A stretch of 64,000 nucleotides of DNA from the NCBI GenBank assembly GCA_028534125.1, contig CM052817.1, positions 68,512,001-68,576,000 on the forward strand. Direction: 5' to 3'. Shown here in pieces: positions 26,601 to 41,120 of this stretch. The notes below the pieces were generated by a model. The model was not told the origin of the DNA and searched no databases. It was given only the letters and a program-made list of their open reading frames with translations. This stretch comes from Lama glama. Its lineage: Eukaryota. The position numbers and the translations under genes were made by a program. Numbering within the stretch: position 1 is the stretch's first letter; each line of letters starts with the position of its first letter.

Positions 26601-28514
26601 TCTAGAAAAGACATGGATTTATGATAGTGTTATCAAGTTGAGATACATGAGACTTTGACTTTTGGTTGGGAGTAGGGCAATGTAAGTAATGGATGCTGGA
26701 AGTATCAAAACAAATCATACATTTACCCCTAGAGAATATCTGATTAATGTTAAAAACAAAATTTCCTTTAAATCTGAGTAACCTGCTCAAGGCTGTAACA
26801 ATGCTCTTTCCTGTGGGTTCATTTAATCCATGATACGGATGGTAGACTATCTCCGCCTCCCCTTGTTGATCTGAATAGTTATTGCCTTAATTATCAGATT
26901 TATACACTTGTTCTCTGAGATTAATTCAGCATGTTTCATTTTGTAAGAGATATCTTTTATGGGGCTTTCTGTACATGTCATGCTGGCATGTTTCCCTTGT
27001 ATGCCCAGGGAATCTAGTTCTAGTTTATCAATCAGAGATGCAGTTTCTCATGTGAGTTTCAAAAAGATGATAATCTCTGCAAAAAGACAAGAGTGAGACT
27101 TTGCCATGTTTTCCATTTAAAATGTGACATGAAGCCTGAATTGACCTTACCCTTGTTCTGACACAGAGGTCTTCCTATTCCTGTAAACCCTACCAACAGA
27201 TGCAGTCTGTATTTGTTTGGCTTGTTAAATTAAACTCAACCATACAGCAGCAAGGATTAGCACAAAATCTGATCTACCCTTGGAGCAGTAGCACACATTT
27301 CAGAAACTAAGGACTCTAGTCAGTCACTTGAGACTATCTGAATTTCCTTGATGCTGACATAACTTTGTTCACAAAATATCTGGATAAGCTTGATCATATA
27401 ATGGCTCACTGCTTTAACCTGCAGGGTAAGGTGAATTAAAGATCAACTGACAAGTGAGATTTAGGAGGACTTAATTCTGGTATGAAGAAGCCTCTACATG
27501 GGATTCTACTTAAACTAAGATCTTTGTAGTCCTCCTTTCCTGCCCTATTCTAGGGGAAAGCAGTGTTTTATCCAGATAAGGAACAGCAGATTCTGAAAAT
27601 TTCTGATGTGTTTAATGTGGAAGCTAGGCCAAATACAAAAGCTTTATGAAGCAATAATTGTAAAGAAGCCATCTTATAGCAAGAAATCGCTAATCAACTG
27701 TAATTACAGAAAATAGCTAATTAATATGTAATTAAAATAGTATCATATATCTTCCGATTATACTTAGGTACATGAATAAATGGTATTTCTCAGATCTGTT
27801 CTGTCTTCTTTGTGATTTTTAGATAATATATTCAATACATCTAGTCATTGTAATTTCTTCATATTTCTATTACAAAAGACACTATAATTTGTATGTCAAA
27901 TGGGTGATCTTAATACTATCGTAGTCTAGACAAGTGGTTCATTTGCTCTCTCTTGCAGTTGTTCAATGATACTTTGCTACTTGTTTAATTCAATAGCCTG
28001 TTTCTTTTATTGAGCTATACTCTATTTCATTTAGTATTTTCATTTGTTGAATTTTCAGTCTAGCTCTATTACCAGGTCTTAACAGAAGATGTAAAACTAG
28101 AAAAATTACAATCAGTGCCTACTACTTTGCAAATAGAAAATTCCCAAGTCCAAAACGGGTTTGACATAAAAATCACAAACATTTGCAAAGATAATTTGTA
28201 ACTGTACTGACTAGAATTGTCACCTGTGTTTGTTTTTCATAGCATTCAACTATGGCTTTCTTAATCTTTCCAAAACAGGATTCTGCTAGCTGCAGTGCAC
28301 TAATTTCAGCTTAGAAGAGAAGCTGCTACTTGCTTAGAAATCACTGTTTTGTTTTTGTTTTTAACACCCACAGAGGAAAAAGATGAGATCAGAACAGGTC
28401 TTATGAAAGATTCTCCACTACTATTTGACCAAAAATTGTAGGGCTCAGATAAACTGGGGACAGTAGGGTAGACTGCAGACATCAAACCATAGAACTTAAA
28501 AAAATTCTTACAAA

Positions 28515-30006
28515 ATGTATTTAACATACAATTTTCCATTTTAACCATTTTTAGGTGTACAATTTAGTGGCAGTAAGTATATTCACAATGCTGTACAACC
28601 AACACCACTGGTTATCTCCAAATTTTTCAATCATCTCAAACAGAAACTCTGTACCGATTAAGCAAAAACTCCCACCGCTCCCCCTCACCTCTTCCTTAGC
28701 CCCCAGTAGCACTAATTTACTCTGTCTCTATGAATTTGCCTATTTTAGATATTTTATATAAGTGGAATTATAGAATATTTGTCTTTTGTGTTTGGCTTAT
28801 TTAAACTGTTTTCAAGGGTTATCCATGTTGTAGCTTGTATCCAAATGTCATCCCTTTTTATGGCTGGATAATAGTACACATATGTATATACCACACTTTG
28901 CTTATTTATTCATCTGTTGAGGGACACTTGGGTTGTTTCCACCTTTTGGCTGTTGTAGATAATGCTGCTATGAACACTGGCATGTAAGTATCTGTTTGAG
29001 CCCATGTTTTCAATTCTTTTGGATATTCACCTAGGAGTGGAATTGCTGGTCATATGGTAATTCTATGTCTACATTTAGAAGGAGCTACCAAAGTATTAAA
29101 CTGTTTTCTACAGAAGCTGCATCATTTTACATTCCCCTCAAGCCATGTACCAAGGTTCCAATTTCTCCACATCCTTGCCAACACTTGGGTGTGGAGTGGT
29201 ATCTCATTGTCGTTTTGATTTGCATTTCCCTAATGACTAATGATGGCAAGTATATTTTCATGTGATTATTGTCCACTTGTGTATCTTCTTCAGAGAAATG
29301 TCTAAAATGTTTAAAAATTTGCCCATTTTAAAATTTGATTGTCTTTTTGTTGTTGAGTTGTAGGAGTTGTTAGTGACTAGAAATACAACTGATGTTTGTG
29401 TGTTGACTTCATATTCTGATAGTAATCCTCATTAGATATGTAATTTACAAATATTTTCTACCATTTTGTGGGTGGGAAGGATTGCTGGCCACCACCAAAA
29501 GCTGGAAAAGGCAAAGAAAGATACCACCCGGAGTCTCAGAGGGAGCATGGCTGACACTTGATTCCAGACGTCTAGCCTCCAGAACTATGTTGTTTTAAGC
29601 CACCCAGTTTGTGTTACTTTTTAATGGCAGCCCCAGAAAGTTAACGCATGTTCAATTTTGATACCTTTTATTTCTTTTTCTTGCCTAATTTCTCTGGCTA
29701 GAATTAAAACCAATTTTTCTCAAACCTTTCCAACAAACTGAAGAAGAGAGAACACTTCCTAACTCATGCTATGAGACTAGCATTATTCTTTTACCAAAGT
29801 CAGACAAACACACTGCAAAAAAGAAAATTACAGACAAATATCTCTGATAAATACTGGTGTAAAAATCCTCAACAAAATACTAGCAAACTGAATTCAGGAG
29901 CCTACTGAAAGGATTATACATCAGGACTAAGTGGAATTTATGCTAGGAATGCAAGGGTAGTCACAATGCAAGCATGTGAAAATCAATCAAAACAATATAT
30001 TACATT
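28515..30006 (-). mobile_element. Old L1 (L1MB-like) with 5' inversion; minus 28515-29703, plus 29705-30006
   Basis: Antisense 3' UTR/ORF2 tail, then sense ORF2 (aaaaatcctcaacaaaatactagcaaac = KILNKILAN; ggaatgcaaggg). Confidence 0.85.
29477..29648 (+). mobile_element. MLT1C/D LTR 3' half inside L1
   Basis: ctcagagggagcatgg...tctagcctccagaact...gttttaagccacccagtttgtgttac. Confidence 0.85.
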
Positions 30007-30083
30007 CTACAGATCTGTATAGCAGACAAAAAGATGATAGAACAGTATAAGTAAATAAATATCTAAAGTTCTCTTAAGCCTCA

Positions 30084-30559
30084 TGTTGAGAAAATTACTA
30101 AAGGTACATCTGTGGACAAAGAATAACACCTGCCATTTCAGTAAACAAAGGATGTTGCAGCCATAAAACCATCAGCCACTGCAGCAGCCCCCTGAGGGGA
30201 CAGTGCACCCTGAGGGGAATTCAGGATGGAGAAAAACAGGACACTGGCCCTAGATAGTTAAGATGCATATCAAAGGAATAATTTCAATAAGCCCAGCCTC
30301 TTGCATCATCCCATACATAGAAAAACAATAAAATCATTGAGATGTCTGTTCTTGTGATTAGCAGTAATCTTCTGATGTTCAAGTAGATGTTTTTATTTTC
30401 TCAGCAAAAACTTCTATATATCCTGGTTCCTCCCTTACCCCTTTGGAAGAGTCCCTCAGAGGTATCCAAGAGGCTATATCCTGGGCTTATGTCCTCAGTA
30501 AGTCCACTGAAAAAAACATAATTCTCAACTTTTAGATTATGCTTTTTTTTCAATCGACA
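30084..30559 (+). mobile_element. ERV1-like solo LTR (cetartiodactyl type)
   Basis: TGTTGA...TCGACA inverted termini; tatatatcctggttcctcccttacc TATA region; aaacataattctcaacttttag near the end. Confidence 0.8.
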
Positions 30560-31234
30560 CATCTCTATACCAATATTTAAAACTGTTTCTCAAAAATTAC
30601 TTTCTAAGGTTGGATTGAAGCATTAATAGCTGAGTATACAATTTGTTGTATATACAGTCATTGTTGTCTAAAGGAATAAATAGTCATGGAAAGTCTGAAG
30701 AAGGAATTGCTCATGATAGAATCTGGTTTCTGCTAAGCAAGACATTGGGTAATTTACTCAGATTGCAATGGCTATATATTACCACTGTTATCATATATTG
30801 TTATTACTTCATCTGAATAGTCTTACTTCCAGATTTCCTTCATATGTTGAACTTTTAAATGTATTTGCACTGTGATAGACTGGCATTTCACACAGCATCT
30901 TGCATATAATTGACAAATGCTTTATAATTGATTATTTAATGAAAGAAATGAGTTATCTATTTATTTATATATATGTTTTGGCTTCTATGGTAAAATTAGA
31001 ATAAACATAAATCTGGAGATTAATATGAGTGGGATATTTGGGAACATTTGACATATTTAAGAAGATTAAATCATATACAGGCCACTTACTAGATACATCT
31101 TTCAAATAGTGAATGCTTTTGAAAACAGAGCCTTAATAAGCTTATTAGCACTTAGAGCATAAAAATTTATTTCACTGATTTCATATAATGGGAGGAACTA
31201 CTGTGATCTATGAAAAATCAGAATAAGCCTATTA

Positions 31235-31452
31235 AAGGGTATGGCCTAGAGTCAAAAAGACTCATGTTTCAATCTTGGCTTTGATACAGGCAAATTAGAT
31301 AAACTCTAAATTTTTCTCATATATAAAATATGTAAATAATGCCTCCTTCATAGAATTGTTATGAAGAATAAAAACAGATAACATATGTAAAGTAATTATC
31401 ATTACAGAGCCTACCACACAAAGACCAGTCAGTAACTGGGATTATTATCATT
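31235..31452 (+). mobile_element. MIR SINE
   Basis: ctagagtcaaaaagactcatgtttcaatcttggct...ttctcatatataaaat...ttcatagaattgttatgaagaataaa. Confidence 0.7.
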
Positions 31453-31918
31453 GTAAAGATTTCTTCCTAATGCTGTATGTTACTTTGAACCCAGAATTAT
31501 CTAATTTTTAATAGTATTTCTGTGGGTTGAATGTATTGATGTACACTGCAATTGAAAAAGGATATTTTTCTTTGGAAAGATATGGCAATACAGATTAATA
31601 TAGCAGCAGCAGTATTGTGCTAGTAGAAACCAACAATATTTATAATAATAAACTTACATCAAAATTATTCAGATATCATGGCTTTAGTTCTAAAATGTTC
31701 TAATTTACTTAAAACTGCACATTAGTCATTTACTATATTGACCTTCCCTGAAATAAGTATATTTAGATGATTTCTTGTGAGACACTAGATACAATTATAC
31801 AAAAGAAGGGTGAGTGATTTATGATTTATAACTAATATCCACTGAGATACTTCTTTAGTTTGGTCAATTAAGCTTCATCATCAAGGATGACCTTCATTTA
31901 GTGTCAAAAGCTAATGCT

Positions 31919-33496
31919 CTGGAAATCCTAGCCATAGCAATCAGACAAGAAAAAGAAAGAAAAGAGATCCAAATTGGAAGGGAAGAGGTAAAACTGTCAC
32001 TGTATGCAGATGACATGATACTATATATATAGAAAACCCTAAAGGCTCCACACAGAAACTACTAGAGCTGATATAAGAATTCAGCAAGGTAGCAGCATAC
32101 AAGATTAGCATACAGAAATCAGTTGCATTTCTTTATGCTAACAACAAAATATCAGAAAAGGAAAGATACAATCTTTCTAACATTGCATTCAAAACACTAA
32201 AATATTTAGGAATAAACTTGACCAAGGAGGTGAAAGACTTATATGCTGAGAAGTACAAAACACTGATTAAGAAAATTTAAGGCCACTTAAAGAAATAGAG
32301 AGCTATCCCATGCTTTTAGGTTGGAAGAATTAGTATTGTTAAAATGGCCATATTACCCAAAGCAATCTACAGATTTAATGTGATCCCTATCAAATTACCC
32401 AGAACATTTTTCACAGAACTAGAACAAACAATCCTAAAATTTATAAGGAACCACAAAACACCCAGAATCACCAAAGCATTTACTGAAGAAAGAGAAGGAA
32501 GCTCGAGGAATAACCCTCCCAGACTTCAGACAATACTACAGAGCCACAGTAATAAAAACAGTGTGGTATTGTCATAAAAACAGACATATGGATCAAGGGA
32601 ATGGAACAGAGAGCCCAGAAATAAATCCACAGACTTACAGTCAATTAATCTTCAACAAAGGAGGCAAGAATATACAATGGAGAAAAGACAGCCTCTTCAG
32701 CAAGTGGCACTGGGAAAACTGGATAGTAGCATGTAAATCAATGAAATTAGAACATCCCCTCACACCAGACACAAAAATAAACTTAAAATGGCTTACAGAC
32801 TTAAATATAAGACAAGACACTCTAAACCTCCTAGAAGAAAACATAGGTAAAACATTTTCTGACATAAATCTTAGCAATGTTTTCCTAGGGCAGTCTACCC
32901 AGGCAATAGAAATAGAAGCAAAAATAAACAAATGGGACCTAATTAAGCTTATAAACTTTTGCACAGCAAAGGAACCCATAAGCAAAACAAAATGACAACT
33001 TACGGAATGGGAGAAAATATTTGCAAATGATGCAACTGACAAGGGCTTAATTTCCAGAATATACAAACAGCTCATTCAACTTAATGACAAAAAAGAAATC
33101 CAATCCAAAAATGGACAGAAAACCTAAACAAGCAATTCTCCAATGAAGACATACAAATGGCCAATAGGCACCTGAAAAAATGCTCAGTATCACTAATTAT
33201 CAGAGAAATGCAAATCAAAACTACAATGAGGTATCACCTCACACCAGTCAGAATGGCCATCATTAAAAAATCCACAATACAGTAAATCTATTTTTAGTCC
33301 TTTGAGGAATCTCCATACTGTTTTCCATAATGGCTGTACCAAACTACACTCCCACCAGCAGTGTAGGAAGGTTCTCTTTTCTCCACACCATCTCCAGCAT
33401 TTATCGTTTGTGGATTTTTTAATGATGGCCATTCTGACCTGTGTGAGGTGATGCCATATTGTAGTTTTGATTGGCATTTCTCTGATAAAAAAATAT
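31919..33496 (+). mobile_element. L1 ORF2 fragment (RT to C-terminal region) with terminal inverted segment
   Basis: LYADDMI motif near 32000; [12 protein letters not shown]...; inverted piece 33278-33487; TSD AAAGCTAATGCT / AAAGCCAATGCT. Confidence 0.93.
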
Positions 33497-34622
33497 AAAG
33501 CCAATGCTACCACCATTAGCCCTGTACTTCTTAGACAAGGATAATTGGATGCTTAAAACAGTCTATGATCAAAAGTCTTAAAGTTTTCATTTGACTACAT
33601 TTCCAGTGATCTCCTTTCTGGATTACTCGGGTTATACAGACAAAAAAGAATGCACATATTACAGGGGGATAGTTCATCTCCACTGCTGATTTCCTTGAGG
33701 AGGAAATTTTTCTAAGTATATTCCTAGCCTTTCTTTTTGTCCCTCTCTTCACTCTGACCTGGGAAGTGTAGTAATTTATTTAACTGGTAAATTTGGGAAG
33801 GCTCAGTTCTGCTCTTCTTCCTCTTGGGAATAAGCCACTTGCAAGGAGCAAACTATTTCTGTTGTTTTTCCAGGATCAGATTCTTCCCTCCTTTTAGAAA
33901 AAGGGCCTGTTTTGGTTCAACACTTCCTGATATCTAGACATGTATCTATCCATCTATATAAGCTATACTTGCATGCAATAACTTGGACATATTCAAAGTG
34001 CACATTTTGATAAGTTTGACTGGGGGATTTGTAAGCAAATCCACTTGGCTCTCATACTCCATACTCTCTAACTTGCATATATGAAAAATAAAGGTGGTAT
34101 TTTTGACTTCCAAAAGCTTCTCTTTGTTTCATTTTTCAAAATTTTTCTAGAACGGTCAGAAGAATGAAGCCATTTTATTGTTTCATATCCTCCTCATATC
34201 TGAAAGTTGATATCCTTCCTGAATTCTCTGTCATCAAAAAGCTTTGAGCCTATGGTAAACAAAACTCCCGAATCCAACAAATTCCATCATGACCAAATTT
34301 CAGAGACTCCAATCAAGCCCCAGTGCTTTTCTCCAATGGAAGTAACTGAAGCTACTTCTTTGCAATTTCAGAAAGCAGTTAAAAGAAAAAAATCCAAAAC
34401 CAAACCAAAACATCTCAGGCTATCATTTGGAGTTTTCCAAGCTTAGTATTGATCCCTATGATGCACGCTGAGGGAACAAAAAGCTTGAATTGGGAAAGGC
34501 TGGACAATCTCTCTTATGTAAGAATAGAGACAGATCTTCAAAGCTCACTTGATTTGTGAGCGACTCCTGAAAAAATATACTTTTAGACAATCTGTTGTAG
34601 TAGACAGGCAAACAACTCATCA

Positions 34623-35318
<696 letters not shown>

Positions 35319-36039
35319 ATAGTTCAAAACATCTTCCATGCTAATGTGAGTATTTTATCTAAAGAAAGTAAGGCACCTCTGTGGGAAAAAAAAATTAAAT
35401 GTGAAAGTAGAATGAAAAAAGAGAAAGGACGAATACTAGCCAAAGATGTAAAGAAGAATTTCCTGATTAAATGAAGGACTGTGAAAGTGATCAGGATGCA
35501 GCAAATCAATGGCAATCGCATGGGTTGCACACTATTTATGGCTTTCAGTTCATTACTACTATTATGATTATTTTAAAGCTCTGAAACTGATATAGCCAAG
35601 TGGGTGTTCTCAGATCTAACCTGATACTGCAAAAAGTTACCTATTTTGGGCAAGCAATTGTTAAATGGGACTCAATTTAGAATTGTTAGAGGTCATTAGC
35701 ACTGGTCGAAAACATTTCTGATGGCTATTTGGCTATTTCTCAAGTAAACTTAGCTATTTCCATTCTTTCCAATTTATGTTCTGTAAAGGGGGTGATGTTT
35801 TATTATATTTGTACTTTAGAAGGGTTTTGCTGATTTCACTGACTGCTACTTGGAGTTTTGGAATTAAAAGCATGTATCAGCTTAAAATATTTAGAAATAT
35901 CAGAAGATCTTAAGAAATACATACCTCTAAAAGTAATTAAAAAGTACAATTTTAAAAAGTGCAATTAAAAAGATGATTCTTCCTGAGTTTGTAGAGAAAG
36001 ATATTCTTAAATATTATTATTAATCAAATAACCCTTCAA

Positions 36040-36550
36040 GTAAGCATAAAATAACAACTGTGAAAACTGCTCTGAAAGAGATGTATGTAATGCTTGGATA
36101 GGATATATCAATTTGGGGAGGGCAGGGAAGGTTTTCACTGAGGAAATAAGTAGTAGCCAAGTTAAAATTTGAATAATAAAAATTAATTAGGCAATGGGAT
36201 GAAATGGAAGTGGTGTAGGGTGGTGGAAGGGATAAACATTTTAGGCAGAAATGTTAGGCTTATATTGGGAAGGCATGTGGCCATTAAGGATAAAAGAAGA
36301 AAAGCCAGTACCAGTGAAATGGAGACAGCAAAGAGAGCATGAGGTGAGACGAGCCTGGAAAGGGATGCAGAACCCAGATTACATAGGGCCTTGTAGACCA
36401 TGTTGATAATATTGGTCTCTATCCTAGAGCAGTGACAATCAGAAAGTACTTTAAGCAGAGAAGTAACAAATCACATTTGCACGTTGACAACAATGTGGAA
36501 AAAAGCTAGAACGAGAGTGATTGAGAAGATTAGTTTGTAAGAGGTCTAGG
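36040..36550 (-). mobile_element. L2 fragment
   Basis: cagggaaggttttcactgagga...cagattacatagggccttgtagaccatg...tttaagcagagaagtaac. Confidence 0.75.
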
Positions 36551-39500
36551 CAATCTCTCCTCTTCTCCTTAATAATCACTGATGATGGCGACGAAGAGAT
36601 GTTTCATTGTTCAAAGGAAGAGTTCCCTCCAAGCTTCCACTTCAGATATATTCTTTAAAAAATGGAAAATTCGTAGAATTTTAAAAGGTTATGCCACAAC
36701 CAATTAATATTCTCCCCCCAAACTCATCAGTTATTGCTATAGAAGGGGGAAATCATACTTAGTTATTGACATGACAGTTTTCTCAATTGCCCCAGTCTGT
36801 AGGTTCCTCTTTAGAATACTACTTTTTCTCTTTCTGTTTCTGTCTGGTTTTTTTCTTATTAATGGAGAGAGGAGAATTTTAAGATTCCTACTCTCAGGAA
36901 TGATGGTGGAGGTTGAACACATACATTTCTAGTCAGCTTTTGTTTCATCTTTTTTTCTTTAAATAAAAGCACTTGGCATTAATAATGAGAGAAAGACATA
37001 AAAAGTTCCAAAAAATGAAAAGAAAGGTAAAATAAATATTACTATCCCAGTGTACATTGTTTAGTTAGAATTTTCTTAAGTGAACAGAGAATTTATGATC
37101 ATGGGCAGATCACCCTTGGATTTCATCAGCACTAGTTTTTCAAACCTTTACAATTATTCGATATTCAAAACATCAACTGTAGTTTTTCTGAACAGTAATG
37201 ACTTTGTCCTCAGCATATAATTACTCTGAAAATAGCACTTTTCAATAAGGACATGCCTTAAAATAAAAAATGTTTGATACCACAAATTATGAATTTAACA
37301 ACTATTTGCAGCAAATGTATCTACATCCGCCAGTCAGAATCAGTTGCCAGAGAGAGTTTCTGTGTTTATCAAACAGCCTGTATCAAATGTGAATATTTTT
37401 TCTTTACAGTGCTCTTACAGTAGGAAAACCAATACAATTTTATCATAGTCAAATGCTGTAGCATACATGTTTTCAAACAAACTTTCTCGTTTAAAAGGAC
37501 CTCGGTTACTCCCCCTGATGAAAGGATGAGCCTAGGCTGTCATGTTTGTATCAGGTGATCCTGCCATAGTCAGGGTAGCAGGAAGAGGGAGGGTGAAGGT
37601 GGATACCTGACATAGACTGAGCCAATTAGCTTCCTGGAAAACCCATAAAAGCACTCATCCAAGAACATTCTTATCATAAAACTTCTAGTGCAAATAAGAC
37701 TGGGTAAGCACCAATGCTGGCAGACAGGGTGGTCAAACCTCTAAATAGCTATCCTTGACTGAGTTACTGGCAAATAGCAGAAGAGAATGAGACTGGTTCA
37801 GTTACATATATATTTATAATGAACATTCTCTTTTTAATTAAGTTTGACAATGAAGACAATTTGGGTTATTTAAGGATCCTCTTTCCTTGGCAATTATTTA
37901 CATTTCATTGCCTATATTAGAAATTCTTAGCTGACACAAACATATGATGAAGTAGAACTTCTTGAGGCAATTTCTAAACATCTGAGATGCTGTCAGATTA
38001 TATTGTAAAGGTCAGTAGTTGAATACTTTTTTCACCTTCTGAGCCCTTCATAATCATAATAAAATATGAGGTACTTGAAAAATGAGCAAAGAACAGATTC
38101 CTGTATTTTTTGTGTTAATTGGACAGAAAGACGATTTCTGATACATGATGTGTAGTGTTTCTGGTTCTCAGAGTCGACTCTGATTAGTCTTGGGCAAAAT
38201 GTGGCAAGGAGAGCAAAATGATAGAGAATACACTGAATATGCACTTTCTACATGCTCTAAGGACTTAAGTTTTATTTCATTGTACTGTAGTGGAACACAA
38301 GTTTGTATAAGCCCTCAATGTTAAGGAAGTATCAGAGATAAACATGCAACAATATATATTTTAGGATTATGACTGTTACTTCACTGCTTTTCTCATATTC
38401 TAGACAAAAATTTGGATTTTCTGCATTTGCCTTTTGCATTTAGAAAAGTCACTGCTTGTCAACATAAACACAGGTATGGGGTAAACAACACCCAAACTTA
38501 AAGAAGTTCTATGGTGAGTGTACAGTACAGTCACTAAGCTATTCACAAACTGTGAACTTAAAAAGCTTCAGCTTCAAAGTACACAGTTTGGAGACTATTA
38601 AGGTAATAGAAGCCCAAGTATTTATGTGGTAACTAGCCCCAATCATATACACGTATTTAACTTTTCAGTATTTACAAGACATTTTTGCTATTAGGATTTT
38701 TGAAGATACATTTGAAGAAATTAAAGGATCCAACACATGATTAAAAAAATCAGCAGTATTTACAATGAAATCTCTTCTATGGAATAATAATAATAGCTAC
38801 AAAAGCATCCACTTATTATAGCAGGCACCTGGTCAGGTGTTTGAATAGCGCTGTTTACTACCCTGATTGCACTCTATGATATATTCTAGTAAACGTGATT
38901 TTTCTTTGGCAACTAGTGACCTTACTCTGTCTTGCAATAAGCTACTCCCCTAAACCAAAACATACCACTTATCTCAACATTCCATTTGGCAGATATCGTC
39001 AAAAAGTGTTTAAATGTGGTTTTATAACAAAAATAAACTTTCACACTAAACGAAAACTGGTAGCCCAGTGTACAAATAGTTCAGGAAGAACCTTAAAGTT
39101 TTTGTGACAAAAGAGTTGGATTATTTGAACAGTATTAAGGGTAAGGATGATGTGCACTATCTTGTAGGTTTCTAAGATATGAAGACTTTCCTGTATTCAC
39201 AAGTCACTCTATATAACAATACTACAAGGAGATGCATCATACTTTAATCAAGTAGATAGAAAAAAATCAGTTATAAGAATAATATAGGTACACCACGTAG
39301 GTAAATTACATAGGTAAACATTCATATTCCAGAAAGATTCTCCACTTTACAAAAAGATTTAAAAATTCCTTTAAGATATTCGATGGCTCAAAATTCAACA
39401 CAGAAATAATCTCATGCCTTCTAAATCCTAAAAGAGCACAGGATTTCTGTTGAGTACTCTTCTGAAAGCAAAAAAACAAATTTTTCACCTATGTGAAGAT

Positions 39501-40319
39501 GTAGGAACTGTATTAGGCAAAATTTCCTGATTTAAATGACCCATAAAAGCAAAATAGAGGCTAAAAATGATATAGGGAGAGAACAGACAATTTGAAAAAT
39601 ATTATAAACAACACTTCAAAAATAACTTATTTTCTTTAAGGAAGAAAAAGGTGTTATAGAGTTTCCTTTTTTTCCCCTCTCTACTGTATAGGACTACAAT
39701 TTGTTTACATAGGAGAAATAAAATTATTTTAAAAATATATTACCATTAAATATTTATTCATTTATTAAACAGAAAGGAAAAGTCACATGAGTCCCAGGGT
39801 TTAATTGCAAATATTCACCTTGGTCAAAATTTAAGAGTTAGTCTACAAAAATGATTTCTTCAAAAATATTATGAGGATTTCAAGCAGGTGTTAAGTTTTA
39901 AAATACCAGCATCTTAGTGATAGTTTTAGGAAAATTTTATAAAAATATTTTGAATGGATTAAGTCTTATAAATTAAGTCATCATTGTAGGAAAGAACCTT
40001 TCTAAAATGCTTCCTCTGTCAAAGCATTCCAACTTTGCTTTCCAAAAATTTAAATAGTTCATTTTTCCTTGAATCTGCGGCTGTGTCTGTATAAAGGCAA
40101 TTATTAGATTTATTTAGTTAGTAATATACAGAGGGGCTGAAAGTAATTGAGTTTGTATGTAAGATCTGAAGGAATGTGCACAGTGTCTGAACACATAGTT
40201 TGGAATCAACACATGTCTCATGCAGTCATTAATTTATACTAACTCATTTGTCTCAGTCTTCTCTGTGCTTGCTTAACAGCTCTATGAAAAGACCATCAGC
40301 CACCAGCATAAAGCTTGGA

Positions 40320-40510
40320 GCATAAAGCTTAGGAACATGAGGTTGGCTTTACCAACTGCCAGTTATATGGCCTTGGGCAAGCTACTTAGCATTTTTAAGC
40401 CTCAGTTTTTTCACCAGTAAAATACAGATATTGATAGAGATGATTTCTATATCTTAGGGCTAGCACCATGCTTGGCACACAGTCAGAGCTTAATGATAGC
40501 TATTATTAGA
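40320..40510 (+). mobile_element. MIR SINE
   Basis: ggccttgggcaagctacttagc...gcctcagttttttcaccagtaaaat. Confidence 0.75.
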
Positions 40511-40714
40511 AGTCAATTCACTTAAATCTATTCATTCTAAGTGCCTCTTGTTTTAAAATAACAGGTAAGGCATAATATTGCCAACAGGTATGTGTGCATC
40601 TTTAACAGGACAGTGAAAAATCTTAAACCAACATCTAATTGTGGACTTTTAGGAATTAGTGAATATAGGTATCCAAGTAATTAAGGGCATATTAGTAACT
40701 CTACAGTCACACTA

Positions 40715-41120
40715 TAGATTTCTGACTGTCCCATACCTTTTTCTTGGCTTCACTGACTTTACCTCCTCTGACTTTATCTCTTACTGTACTGGTCTCCTTG
40801 TTGGTCCAAAATGGCCAAGCATGTTCACGTATCAGGGTCTTTGCCCTCACTCTTACTCCTGCCTAGAATATTTCTCCCCATGTCATTTAAAGCCTACCTC
40901 TTCAGCTCTGCTGAAATATCACCTTTTCTCAGAGGCTTTTCTTGCGTACTTTGTCAAACTCTACCACTCTATCCTTTTCCTTGCTTTATTTTTAGGTATA
41001 GCACTTCCTGCTGTTTATGATCATATGGTAGATATATTTATCTCTCTCAAAATCTAATACACTAATTACTGACTAGCACATACAATAGACAGCCAGTAAA
41101 TATTTGTTGAATAAGTGGAT
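40715..41120 (+). mobile_element. L2 3' fragment
   Basis: tcagggtctttgcc...cctgcctagaat...tcaccttttctcagaggc...taaatatttgttgaataa. Confidence 0.7.

Noticed and set aside
32344..32995. ORFs of 77 and 144 aa with clear protein-like sequence
   Set aside because: Frameshifted L1 ORF2 remnants, not a host gene.
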